Shown one piece after another: positions 19,550-28,766 of a stretch of DNA of 64,000 bases; the stretch's first letter is position 1; each line of letters starts with the position of its first letter. The DNA comes from an uncultured Chthonomonadaceae bacterium (lineage in GTDB: Bacteria > Armatimonadota > Chthonomonadetes > Chthonomonadales > Chthonomonadaceae). The notes under the pieces were generated by a model. It was given only the letters and a program-made list of their open reading frames with translations, was not told where the DNA came from and ran no database searches. The position numbers were made by a program, and so were the translations under genes. The stretch covers positions 640,001-704,000 of the forward strand of contig CAWFQB010000014.1 in NCBI GenBank assembly GCA_963817895.1. Direction: 5' to 3'.

Positions 19550-20986
19550 ATGAAATCGTGGAAACCTATTCACACCGTTACGCTGGGTTCCTGCGCCCTG
19601 GCAATCACCGCGCTTGCCCTGCCCACTGCCACGCGTAGCCAGAACGCGGGCGCGCCTGCCAACTTCGTCGATTCCGTCAATGGCGAAGGCGTCTCTCGCA
19701 CACTCACCACTTACCCCGGCTTCGACCTGAACAACCCTTTTTTCAAGCCGCTCGGCACGAATGGCAGAACCTGCGCGACGTGCCACCCCGTCGCACAGGG
19801 CATGACCATCACGCCGACTTATGCCGTTCAGGTTTTTAACGCCACGCAGGGACTTGATCCCCTGTTCGCGCCCGTTGATGGCGCAAACAATCCGAAAGCC
19901 GATATGTCTACCCTCGCGGCGCGGCAGGCCAATTGCAGTATGCTGCTGAACAAGGGACTTATCCGTGTCGGCATCCCCATGCTTCCCAACGCGGAGTTTA
20001 CCCTTCAGGCCATAGACGATCCATACGGCTATTCTAACCCTATGGATGTGTCCTGTTTTCGCCGCCCGCTGCCGTCCACCAATCTGCGCTTCCTTGCCAC
20101 CGTGATGTGGGACGGGCGCGAACTCCTCGGTCAGAAGTCCGTGCTGGACGCGCTCGCGCAGCAGGCAAAGGACGCCGTGAAGGGCCACATGCAGGCGACG
20201 CAGACGCCAACCGACGCGCAGGTAGCACAGATTGTAGACTTTGAGACGCATCTGTATACCAGCCAGATTGCTTCCAACGACGCAGGCAACCTCAACACGC
20301 CCGCAAATCGGCGCGGGGCCAATCAACTTGATCAATCTGCAGTTTCAACCGGGTATCAACGACGCCTTTGGTCTGGTTCATAACCCGCAGCCGTTTAATC
20401 CAAATGTGTTTATCTTCTATGATAACTGGCTACAGATCCGCCCAACAACCCGCCACCCCCGCCGCCGCATAACGGCCTCAATAACCCGCCGCCGCCGCCG
20501 CGCCCCACACCTGCGCAGCAATCCGTGGCGCGGGGCGAGAAACTGTTCAATACACGACAGTTTACCATCAGCGGCGTTGCGGGGTTGAATGATGTGACGG
20601 GCAGAGCCTCCATCAAGGGAACGTGTTCCTCCTGCCACAGCGCGCCCAGTATCGGCAGCAACGCCCTGCCCCTGCTGCTGAATACCGGCGTGGCGGATGG
20701 CAAACTGCGGACGCCCGATATGCCCCTGTACACCCTGCGCAACAAGAAGACGGGCGCGACGCTGCAAACCACCGACCCCGGCGCGGCCATGACAACCGGC
20801 AAATGGGCGGACATCGGGAAGTTCAAAGTGCCGAGCCTACGCGGACTGGAAACCCAATCGCCGTACATGCACAATGGAGTTTCCGGCGACCTGCTCGACA
20901 TTCTCGACTTCTACGACAACCGCTTCCAGATCGGCCTGTCGGAGCAGGAGAAAGAAGACCTCGCGTTGTTCCTGACCACGCTATAA
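19550..20986 (+). CDS. Di-heme cytochrome c peroxidase/MauG-superfamily protein (frameshifts about 20310-20450)
   Basis: Signal peptide; CATCH and CSSCH heme motifs; MWDGRE; GKFKVPSLRGL...PYMHNG; RBS AGGAG. Confidence 0.8.
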
Positions 20987-21216
20987 AGCAAACAAACGCA
21001 ACGAACGGGCGTAAGTCACGAGCGGCCATGAGGACTATTCTCCTCATGGCTGCATGGCGTTGTAATAAATTTTGCAACCAACCTCTGCGGAACAGTAACT
21101 GTCCAGAAAACAACAATTGGAGATGGCAAAAGTTTAGCCGCAAATGAACGCGAATAAACGCGAATGAGGAGTGTTTCTGACGGACGGACGGACGCGCTTA
21201 TTTCCAGCGGCTGAAT

Positions 21217-21253
21217 AAAAGAACCCTGTTGCTACGGCGACCGGGTTCTTTTT
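21217..21253 (+). terminator. Intrinsic, possibly bidirectional terminator
   Basis: AAAAGAACCC...GGGTTCTTTTT. Confidence 0.7.
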
Positions 21254-21281
21254 GCTGTCATACGAATTTTTTGGTGCCAGC

Positions 21282-21314
21282 ATTTATCTGAATTTTATTG
21301 CCGCTCCTTACAAT
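21282..21314 (+). promoter_or_regulatory. Putative regulator box plus -10 of the Cyc2-like gene
   Basis: ATTTAT-ctgaa-TTTTAT-N10-TACAAT. Confidence 0.65.
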
Positions 21315-21473
21315 AAAGCGGAAGCGGTAAACCGCGCCAAAACAAAATACATCACCGTCGCCGCTAATGTATTTTTGCGAGTGTCGCGCTTCTCTTAACA
21401 ATCGGCTCCCAACTTTTCGAGCGTCCGCTTACGACAACGCCTGTACAAAATCAACCCGGCAAAAGGATCACTC

Positions 21474-22607
21474 ATGAACTCTGCTCAAAATCTGTTCGCG
21501 TCTCCCCGCCTCTGCCGTTTACTGCGGGTCGCCTTCGCCCTCGGACTTCTGGCACTGCAAATTTCAACGGCGCGAGCGCTTCCCGTATACTCCCGGCAGT
21601 ACGGGGTTGGCTGTCAGATGTGCCATACGGTCACGCCGCGCCTCAACCGGTTCGGCTATGCGTTTCAGGCCAACTACTTCAACTGGCCGGATCGTAGCGG
21701 CCCGCCCAAAATTGATCCCACGCGCTATCTGCCCCTTTCCACCCTGACCACCTTCAGCTACCAGAGCGACTTTACCAACAGGCAGGATACCCTCAACTTC
21801 CGCGCCTTCGAGTTGTTCTTTTCCAGCGGGTTCAGCAGCCAGCAAAGCCCGCCCGGACGCGCCGGAGGGTACTTTGTCAACTTTCTCGCCAGTTCCACTT
21901 CCGCAGATGCCACCAGCGGCGACCTGGGAGATGCGTATGTCGCCCTGCCGTTCGCGGGCAAACGGGGACAGGCCGCTATAGTCATCGGGCAGGCGACGCC
22001 CCTGCGGTATCAGTATAATCCCAACAACAGCCTTACCGATCAGATTCCCTACGCGCTGGATGAGGGCGTTGGGGATTTCGCGTTCGGCGCGTCCCAACCC
22101 TCCATCCGTCTGGAGTACTTCGACAATCGGGGCAATCTATCCGCCGACGGCAACTATGTTACGCTGGCTCTGCCCCTGCAAGGCCATCTCGGGCTGACGC
22201 GGGCAGGAGATATTCACGCCGAAGATGGCGCGTTTGCCCACTACTTTCACCGTTGGGGCTATACCACGCTGGGCGCGTTGAGTTACGTTCATAAAAGCGG
22301 CAATTTGCAGGGGCTTGTCGGAACCTACGCCCTGCGCCGCAATCTCTACCTGACCGGAATTGCCACCCTCGCCCACAGCCCCGGCTTCAATACCAACCAC
22401 GTTTCGCTCGAAACCGAGTACATGCCGTCCACACGCCTCGCGCTGACCGGGCGAGCCGAACTGATCGGCGGGGATCGCAGCGAAGTAGCGACAACAGGGG
22501 CCCTCACCTTTTATCCGCTTCGTACTCAGTATCTCCGCCTGACCGCCGAGGCAAGGGAACGACGGGCTGACAGAGCGTTCAACCTGTTCCTGCGCGTCCA
22601 GTATTGA
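21474..22607 (+). CDS. Cyc2-like monoheme cytochrome c-porin fusion
   Basis: Signal peptide ending ARA, then LPVYSRQYGVGCQMCHTVTPRLNRFGYAFQANY; beta-strand-rich remainder ending in an aromatic residue (FLRVQY). Confidence 0.72.
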   Translation: MNSAQNLFASPRLCRLLRVAFALGLLALQISTARALPVYSRQYGVGCQMCHTVTPRLNRFGYAFQANYFNWPDRSGPPKIDPTRYLPLSTLTTFSYQSDFTNRQDTLNFRAFELFFSSGFSSQQSPPGRAGGYFVNFLASSTSADATSGDLGDAYVALPFAGKRGQAAIVIGQATPLRYQYNPNNSLTDQIPYALDEGVGDFAFGASQPSIRLEYFDNRGNLSADGNYVTLALPLQGHLGLTRAGDIHAEDGAFAHYFHRWGYTTLGALSYVHKSGNLQGLVGTYALRRNLYLTGIATLAHSPGFNTNHVSLETEYMPSTRLALTGRAELIGGDRSEVATTGALTFYPLRTQYLRLTAEARERRADRAFNLFLRVQY

Positions 22608-22631
22608 CATTAAAGTTGACAAGGCGCGGAA

Positions 22632-22664
22632 TTTTATACAAATTTCATACTTCTGCTTTATAAT
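22632..22664 (+). promoter_or_regulatory. Putative regulator box plus -10 of the dioxygenase-like gene
   Basis: TTTTAT-acaaa-TTTCAT-N10-TATAAT. Confidence 0.65.
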
Positions 22665-22731
22665 CAAACCAGACTTAACTTTCTATGGCACTCTTACAAT
22701 GAAGAATCGGTTTGCAGCAAAGGAGCAGAAG

Positions 22732-23619
22732 ATGGAAAATCGAGAAGACAGAACAGGCTCATGGCAGCCGCCAACCCGGCGGCGCATTCTGCTGATGGGC
22801 GCGGCGAGCGCAGTGGCGCTTGTGGGATTGGGAACCGGACGCGCAGGCAGGGCGTGGGCGCAAAAAGCGGGATCGGCTATTCTGACACCCGAAGAGACGG
22901 AAGGCCCCTTCTGGATTGAGGAGAAGCTGAAACGCGCCGACATACGCCTGGACCCCACCAACAAGACGATGCAAAAGGGGCTGCCGCTGACGCTCAACCT
23001 CAGAGTGTCGCAGCTGAACAAAGGGGTGATTTCGCCCCTGAGCGGCGCGGTTGTGGATTTGTGGCACTGCAACGCGACCGGCCAGTATTCGGACGTGCAG
23101 GACACGAAGGGGCAGAAGTTTTTGCGCGGCTATCAGGTGACGGATGAGAAGGGACAGGCGCAGTTTACCACTATTTACCCGGGGTGGTATCAGGGCAGAA
23201 CCGTCCACATTCATGCCCGCGTCCGCACCGTTGCGGGCGAGAAGACGACGCATGATTTCACGACGCAGTTCTTCTTCGACGACGCTGTGACCACACATGT
23301 TTACAAACAGGCTCCTTATAATACCAACCCGAACCGAGACATTTTCAACACGGGAGATGGTATCTACAACAGCCCCGCCCGAGCCGGCAAAACCACGCGG
23401 GCGAGTGGCGAACTGCTGATGCTGAAACTGGTCGAGGACAGCCGCCACGCTGTCGGCACATTCGATATGCTGCTGGATGTGGCAAACCTTCCCGCGCGCA
23501 GCAATGGCGGCAGTTTCGGAGGACCGGGCGGGCCGGGTGGCCCTGGAGGTTTTGGCGGGCCGGGCGGTCGCAGAGGCCCCGGAGGTCCCCCGCCGGATGG
23601 CCCGCCGCCCGGAGAGTAA
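22732..23619 (+). CDS. Tat-exported intradiol ring-cleavage dioxygenase-like protein
   Basis: TRRRILL signal; EGPF, DLWHCNATGQYS, FLRGYQVTD, TIYPGWYQGRTVHIH; Gly/Pro tail; RBS AGGAG at 22721. Confidence 0.85.
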   Translation: MENREDRTGSWQPPTRRRILLMGAASAVALVGLGTGRAGRAWAQKAGSAILTPEETEGPFWIEEKLKRADIRLDPTNKTMQKGLPLTLNLRVSQLNKGVISPLSGAVVDLWHCNATGQYSDVQDTKGQKFLRGYQVTDEKGQAQFTTIYPGWYQGRTVHIHARVRTVAGEKTTHDFTTQFFFDDAVTTHVYKQAPYNTNPNRDIFNTGDGIYNSPARAGKTTRASGELLMLKLVEDSRHAVGTFDMLLDVANLPARSNGGSFGGPGGPGGPGGFGGPGGRRGPGGPPPDGPPPGE

Positions 23620-23630
23620 CTCCTCAAGCC

Positions 23631-23680
23631 TTTAGTCTTCCAGGTAACTCCCGGTCACGGGAGTTACCTGGAAGACTAAA
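23631..23680. terminator. Perfect 23-bp hairpin between convergent genes
   Basis: TTTAGTCTTCCAGGTAACTCCCG-gtca-CGGGAGTTACCTGGAAGACTAAA. Confidence 0.7.
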
Positions 23681-23710
23681 CCTAACAACCTAACAACGAA
23701 CAACCTGATT

Positions 23711-24133
23711 TCATGGATTATGCGGCGAGGTGGCGATGAGAACCACAAGCGTTTCCGTACCCGTGTTCTCGATGCCGTGTTCGCACCAGGGCGGCAGGTA
23801 CACGAACATGCCTTTTTCTACGGGTTCCTGCTTCCCCTCCGCGAACGTCATCATGCCACGCCCCTCCAGAATTACATACGTTTCTTCGGTCTCGTGCGAA
23901 CCGGGCGGGTTTTTGGTGTGGGGCGGCAGATAAAACATCACCAGCCCCATGTTCTTCGCGGGCGCGTTGGGGTTGACCGGATGCACCACGCGCACTCCCA
24001 GCCCGTGACAACCCGGGTACGCGACCGGAACCCCCTCCTGAACCGTCACAATCATCGGATACACGGGCGTATCCGGCTTCGGTATCGTCGGTTCCCCCGC
24101 CACATAGCCCTTGAACTGCGTAATCTCCGCCAT
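23711..24133 (-). CDS. Cupin domain protein
   Basis: GSHETEETYVILEGRG...YLPPWCEHGIENTG. Confidence 0.85.
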   Translation of the reverse strand: MAEITQFKGYVAGEPTIPKPDTPVYPMIVTVQEGVPVAYPGCHGLGVRVVHPVNPNAPAKNMGLVMFYLPPHTKNPPGSHETEETYVILEGRGMMTFAEGKQEPVEKGMFVYLPPWCEHGIENTGTETLVVLIATSPHNP

Positions 24134-24219
24134 TGGTTTTGTCCTTTTCAGAGTAATATTGCAAGTATGACGACTTTGGAGTATCCTACTATAATAAGAG
24201 TCCCGTCAGGAGGCCCGAA

Positions 24220-24686
24220 ATGTTCGTTTACGCTCATGCAACCGAAACCATTACACCCAGCCCGCGGAAGAGGAGATTGCCCGCGAGTCGCAAATTGTTC
24301 TGGCTGCGTTCAACCTCCAAAACGAACAGGATGAAATTCAGGTTCATTTGCATACACAGGACAATCAGAATACAACGTTCATTTTACCCCGCGCCGCCGC
24401 GCAACTGCTGCTGAATGGATTACAGGAGATGGCGAAAGGCCATGCGGTTTCTCTTGTACCCGTTCAGGCGGAATTAACCATTCAGCAAGGGGCGGATTTG
24501 CTCTGTGTCTCAAAATCCTATTTCATTAAACTCCTTGATGAAGGCAAAATTATCTACAGCAGGGCCGGATATGACCGTCGAGTAAAGACTAGTGACGTGT
24601 TGGCCTACATCAAGGAGTATCAGGAGTCCGCTGCTCAGGCCATGCAGGAACTGGTCGCGGAATCGCAGGCAATGGGACTCTACTGA
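24220..24686 (+). CDS. Excisionase-like HTH protein, putative antitoxin (frameshift near 24262)
   Basis: LQEMAKGHAVSLVP..ELTIQQGADLL.VS..Y.IKLLDEGKI...RRV...QAMGLY; AGGAGG RBS; coupled to a PIN gene. Confidence 0.75.
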
Positions 24687-24920
24687 TGCCGACGACCACG
24701 ATTGCCGTTCTGGATGCCTGTATTCTTTACTCGGCAACCCTGCGAGATCTGTTCATGTGGCTGACGATACGGCTTGCCTTTCAGCCCAAATGGACAGAGC
24801 GTATTCATGCCGATTGGGTAGACAACCTTCTGGCAAACCGCCCCGACCTAACGCGCGCCAAACTGGAACGCACTCGCGACTTGATGAACCGGTGGGGCAG
24901 AGACTGGCGCGTAGAGGGTC
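24686..24920 (+). pseudogene. Truncated PIN-domain toxin
   Basis: AVLDACILYSATLRDLFM...PKWTERIH.DW; similarity ends after RDWRVEG, with no C-terminal D.DD.H.LAAA-type motif. Confidence 0.7.
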
Positions 24921-26003
24921 GCCAGTACGCGGCTCCAGCAGGCGGCGAAAATCGTCGCCTTGATGGGCGAGGGTTTCCAGTTCTTCCCGAACGGTGGCAA
25001 AAGGTCTTTTTCTTTCAATCCAATATTTATACTCCACAAACAGGTGTTTGATGGGGATGTCAACGCCCTGTCGGCTTGCAAGAAAATGCTGCATGAAGAG
25101 ATCGCTTCTGGGACGTAAAAGCCTCCCTTGTCGGACTTCCGCGCGCCAGAATTCATCATCGAAGCGCGCCCAAAATTGAGTGTATAATGCCTCCTGCGGT
25201 TCACCCTGACGTGAAGCCCTCAAAAAGATAAAGTTTCGCAGCAAGTCCGCAGGCAATAATGGCTGCCCACGCGCGTTCAACGTTTCGAATATGACCTGCG
25301 CGTCATCCCCTGGTTCTAAATCTACCACAACTACTTGCAACGCATTCTTCAGTGCCTGAAAGCACTCATCCAACCGATCCGTCAATGGAACCTCCGAATG
25401 TATCGGCAGTTCATCCGGGCCTCCACTGAAAAACCCTTCTATTTGGGCATAGAAGTAAAGATAGGCTTCGACCATCTGAGGGCGTGGATCGGGCTTCTTT
25501 GCCCACTTCCGCCATTGCTGTGGGTACCGGGCAAGAAGTTGATCGCGGGAGAGTGAGAGTACCACATCTTGAAACTGCTTCCTGTCAAGTTGTGTCGGCC
25601 ATACCTTGAACTGCTCGACCGGTTTATCAGTCATCATTCCAGTGTTTAATGCAAAGCCATCGCACTCTTTCGCCATCTCCTCATAGCCTTGAGTACGGCA
25701 GAAATCACGAAATGCCGCAAGGAATATCTGTAGTGTGGTTAGTCTCTGCTGACCATCAATGACCTGTCGCTTTTCCACATGGCCTGTAGGCGTCTGCTTC
25801 TGGTCAAGCACCATTGCGCCGAGGAAGTGAACCGGAGCATCCTTACGCCCATCAAGATATTCAGTTAATTTTCGACTAATATCTTCCCACAAAGGCTCCC
25901 ACTGCTGTTCGCGGTTCCAAACGTATTGGCGCTGAAAGAGTGGCACTTCAAGCTGAATTTTGTTTCGGAATACCTGGAGCAACGGCAATGCTTGTGCCTT
26001 CAC
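24910..26003 (-). pseudogene. 3'-truncated DUF262 (GmrSD-type) defence gene
   Basis: VPLFQRQYVW, VIDGQQRLTT, IFETLNARG; no HNH (DUF1524) half; frame runs on into the antisense of the PIN gene. Confidence 0.75.
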
Positions 26004-26180
26004 GGATTTACCCCTGTTTACAAATGAATGTTGTAGACTTCGCGTTACTATTACTCCTCTGTTCAACAAATTCCTTCTCCGGCATACAGACAACACTATT
26101 TTCAGGCTCTTGACGCATTTCCGGTTTTGGCCTATACTGTGGGAGTGTCAGTGAAAACGGGAGGCGGGAGGAAGACCATC

Positions 26181-27182
26181 ATGGCAGCAGTGAGCGTACC
26201 ACGCGACAAAAGAATGGGCAACGACCGCGCAGACGGTCACAAACAGGTCAACGGCAACTCAGTCGGCAAAGATAACGGCAACGGCAAGAACAACAACCTG
26301 CAAGAGCAGAATACGGCAGAGAACCAAACAGGCAGCCGTAAGCGAGCATCCAAAAGAAAGATTTACTATCCCACAGGAGACGGTAAGCCGATGGCTGAGG
26401 ACGTGCTGCACCGCAAACAGATGGCTTATGGCTGTGACGCTCTCGAATACCACTTTGCTTCCCGCCCGGACGTATGCGTGGCGGGCAACGACTTTTTGTA
26501 CTATGAGGAAGGCAATCCACAGGCGCGCGTCTCGCCGGACTGCTATGTGGCGTTCGGCGTTGAGCCGAAAACAATCCGCCACTTCTACAAAATATGGGAG
26601 GAGAACGGCATTGCGCCCGCCGTTATCTTTGAATTCACGTCTAAAAAGACAAAGAAAGAGGATGTCACTCTCAAGAAGCCTCTTTACGAGCAAGTGTTGA
26701 AGGTGCAGGAGTATTTCCAGTTCGATCCCACCGGCGATTACCTGAAGCCGCGCTTGCAGGGCCAACGGTTGCAGGATGGAGTGTACCAGCCGATTGCGCT
26801 GATTGACAGCCGTATGGTGAGCGAACAGTTGGGATTGGAACTCGTCATTGAGGGCGACACATTGCGCTTCTACGATCCCGCAAGTGGCGAGTGGCTGCGC
26901 ACTTACGAACAGGCCGAAACACAGCGCCTTGCATCCGAGGCTCGCGCCAATTCTGCTGACCGTCGAGCGGTGGAAGCGGCGCGGCGCGCCGAAATAGAAG
27001 CGCGTCGAGCAGAAGCCGCTGACCGACGCGCCACTGAGGAAGCAAGACGCGCCGAGGCTGCTGACCGACGCGCTCAGGAAGAGGCGCAACGCGCCGAAAT
27101 GGAAGCGCGCCGAGCCGAGGCCGCCGAAGCAGAGATGGCCCGTATGCGCGCGGAGATGGAAGCGATGCGCCGGCAGAAGTAA
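26181..27182 (+). CDS. Uma2-family (DUF820) endonuclease-like protein with repetitive coiled-coil tail
   Basis: YPTGDGKPMAE, VSPDCYVAFGV, FEFTSKKT, VQEYFQFDP; RRAEAADRRA repeats. Confidence 0.88.
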   Translation: MAAVSVPRDKRMGNDRADGHKQVNGNSVGKDNGNGKNNNLQEQNTAENQTGSRKRASKRKIYYPTGDGKPMAEDVLHRKQMAYGCDALEYHFASRPDVCVAGNDFLYYEEGNPQARVSPDCYVAFGVEPKTIRHFYKIWEENGIAPAVIFEFTSKKTKKEDVTLKKPLYEQVLKVQEYFQFDPTGDYLKPRLQGQRLQDGVYQPIALIDSRMVSEQLGLELVIEGDTLRFYDPASGEWLRTYEQAETQRLASEARANSADRRAVEAARRAEIEARRAEAADRRATEEARRAEAADRRAQEEAQRAEMEARRAEAAEAEMARMRAEMEAMRRQK

Positions 27183-27238
27183 AAAAACTCCCTTTAGCAA
27201 CCACTCTGCGCGGCAGCGAAATCGGCTGGCGAAACGGC

Positions 27239-28039
27239 CTAAAACTCCCGTAAATAGCCTGCCGTCCAGCCGCCATCTACGGTAAGGATATGACCGTTGA
27301 TGTAGCTGCTTTCCGGGGCGGCGAGGAACAGGGCGGCATGAGCCACCTCTTCGGGCGCGCCGGGACGTCCGAGCGGGATGTGGGCCAGCAGGGTTTGGGC
27401 GCGTTCGCGGAACTTGCCGTCCTCGCCATAAAAAAGCTGCCGGGTTCCCTCCGTCAGAATAGAGCCGGGGGCAATGCCGTTTACAAGCACACCCTTCGGA
27501 CCGAGTTCCAACGCCATCGAGCGCGTCAGGTTGACCACGCCCCCCTTCGCCGCCACAAACGCGCTTTGCAATCGGAGGGGAACCAGACCGACAACGGACG
27601 CGATGTTGATAATGCGCCCGCTCCCCTGCGCCAGCATCGGTTTCGCTCCCGCCTGCGACATCAGAAACAGGCCGGTCATATCCACGCGCACAATGCGTTC
27701 CCACTCTTCGAGAGGAAAAGCGTCCACGTTCACCCGATGATGCAGGGTGTTGATACCCGCGTTGTTCACCAGTATGTCAAGCCGCCCGCACTGCTCCAGC
27801 ACAAAATCAACGGATTGCTGCGCCTGTTGTGGGTCGCCCACATCCAGATGCAGGGCAAGACTGCCTTCCACCTGTGCCGACGCGGAACGCGCCCCTTCCA
27901 CGTCAATATCGGAATACACCACGCGGGCATGATTTGCCGCAAGCGTATCCGCAATCGCCTTGCCAATGCCCTTTGCCGCTCCCGTCACGAGGGCTACTTT
28001 GCCTTCCAGATTGACCTGCATCCTTGCCGCCTTATTCAA
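27239..28039 (-). CDS. Short-chain dehydrogenase/reductase
   Basis: TGAAKGIG, LVNNAGI, VNGIAPG, VDGGW; YxxxK appears as FVAAK. Confidence 0.9.
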   Translation of the reverse strand: MNKAARMQVNLEGKVALVTGAAKGIGKAIADTLAANHARVVYSDIDVEGARSASAQVEGSLALHLDVGDPQQAQQSVDFVLEQCGRLDILVNNAGINTLHHRVNVDAFPLEEWERIVRVDMTGLFLMSQAGAKPMLAQGSGRIINIASVVGLVPLRLQSAFVAAKGGVVNLTRSMALELGPKGVLVNGIAPGSILTEGTRQLFYGEDGKFRERAQTLLAHIPLGRPGAPEEVAHAALFLAAPESSYINGHILTVDGGWTAGYLREF

Positions 28040-28053
28040 TTTCTTGCATGAAG

Positions 28054-28641
28054 TTACAGGTTGCGCATGATGATGCCCAAACTTTTGTTGTCGAGTTTGT
28101 TGATGTCGGGAAATTCGTAGCGGTTGCCGTCCGCGTCCGTGATGATAACCCGCCCTTGCGCCAGTTCCTGTAAGTTGTCGCGCAGGTTGCGGACGACGAT
28201 TTCTTTGGCTCCCCGGTCGGTATCCAGCGTCCAGTAGATGGTTCCGAACTCCTCTTTCACGCTGGTAACGCGCTCCACAAGCGGCACGAAGTAACGCTTT
28301 TCCAGCTCCTCTTCCACAATCTTGCGGGATTCGGGATCGAGTTGGTCGGGGTCATGCAGCATCCCCACATCTTTACCCGCGCCATCCAGAAACCCGATGT
28401 AGTGCTTGGGGTCGGAGAGCGGGAACGCGCGGGCAACGGACACTTTCGCCCACGAGCGATCCTCGAATAACGTCAGGCGCGGCACTCCGGCAGCCCGAAA
28501 CACGCGCGTTTTACGCGGGTCGAGAATCCGCAATTCAAACGCCGCCGGGTTCGCGTTCAGCGTCGGCGCAATCGTCTCTTCGCTCTTTTTCGCTTCCGTT
28601 TTGTTGCCGGCATGGCTGCCGTTACGTCCGTTGTCTGGCAT
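28054..28641 (-). CDS. DUF1854-like protein
   Basis: RAFPLSDP..YI, EELEKRYFVP, W..DTDRG, ITDADGNRY. Confidence 0.75.
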   Translation of the reverse strand: MPDNGRNGSHAGNKTEAKKSEETIAPTLNANPAAFELRILDPRKTRVFRAAGVPRLTLFEDRSWAKVSVARAFPLSDPKHYIGFLDGAGKDVGMLHDPDQLDPESRKIVEEELEKRYFVPLVERVTSVKEEFGTIYWTLDTDRGAKEIVVRNLRDNLQELAQGRVIITDADGNRYEFPDINKLDNKSLGIIMRNL

Positions 28642-28657
28642 AAATCATCCTCATTTG

Positions 28658-28765
28658 AAAGATAGGAGATACGAGATACGAGGGAAGAACTCACTAACTC
28701 CAAATTGTAGCCGCCAGAGTAGCAGCAAATCCACTCCTATCTCGTATCTCGTATCTCCTATCTTT
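28658..28765. repeat. Heptamer dyad (AGATACG)n / (CGTATCT)n
   Basis: Perfect 25-bp IR 28658-28682 / 28741-28765, including the variant AGATAGG unit. Confidence 0.85.
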
Positions 28766-28766
28766 T

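Noticed and set aside
23505..23615. Separate repeat element at the end of the dioxygenase-like gene
   Set aside because: It is the coding Gly/Pro-rich tail
24220..24686. Prophage excisionase
   Set aside because: Coupled to a PIN gene as in HTH-PIN toxin-antitoxin pairs; no phage genes nearby
26940..27150. CRISPR-like or DNA-level repeat array
   Set aside because: Degenerate codon-level repeats encoding the RRAEAADRRA coiled coil of Uma2; no constant repeat-spacer structure and no cas genes
13000..27200. Genomic island integrated at tRNA-Leu
   Set aside because: No integrase and no duplicated tRNA 3' end seen
26259..27704. Long antisense ORFs such as 26259-27704, 30902-32191, 10501-11673 and 55616-56737
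   Set aside because: Shadows of recognised genes on the opposite strand in GC-rich DNA; no motifs
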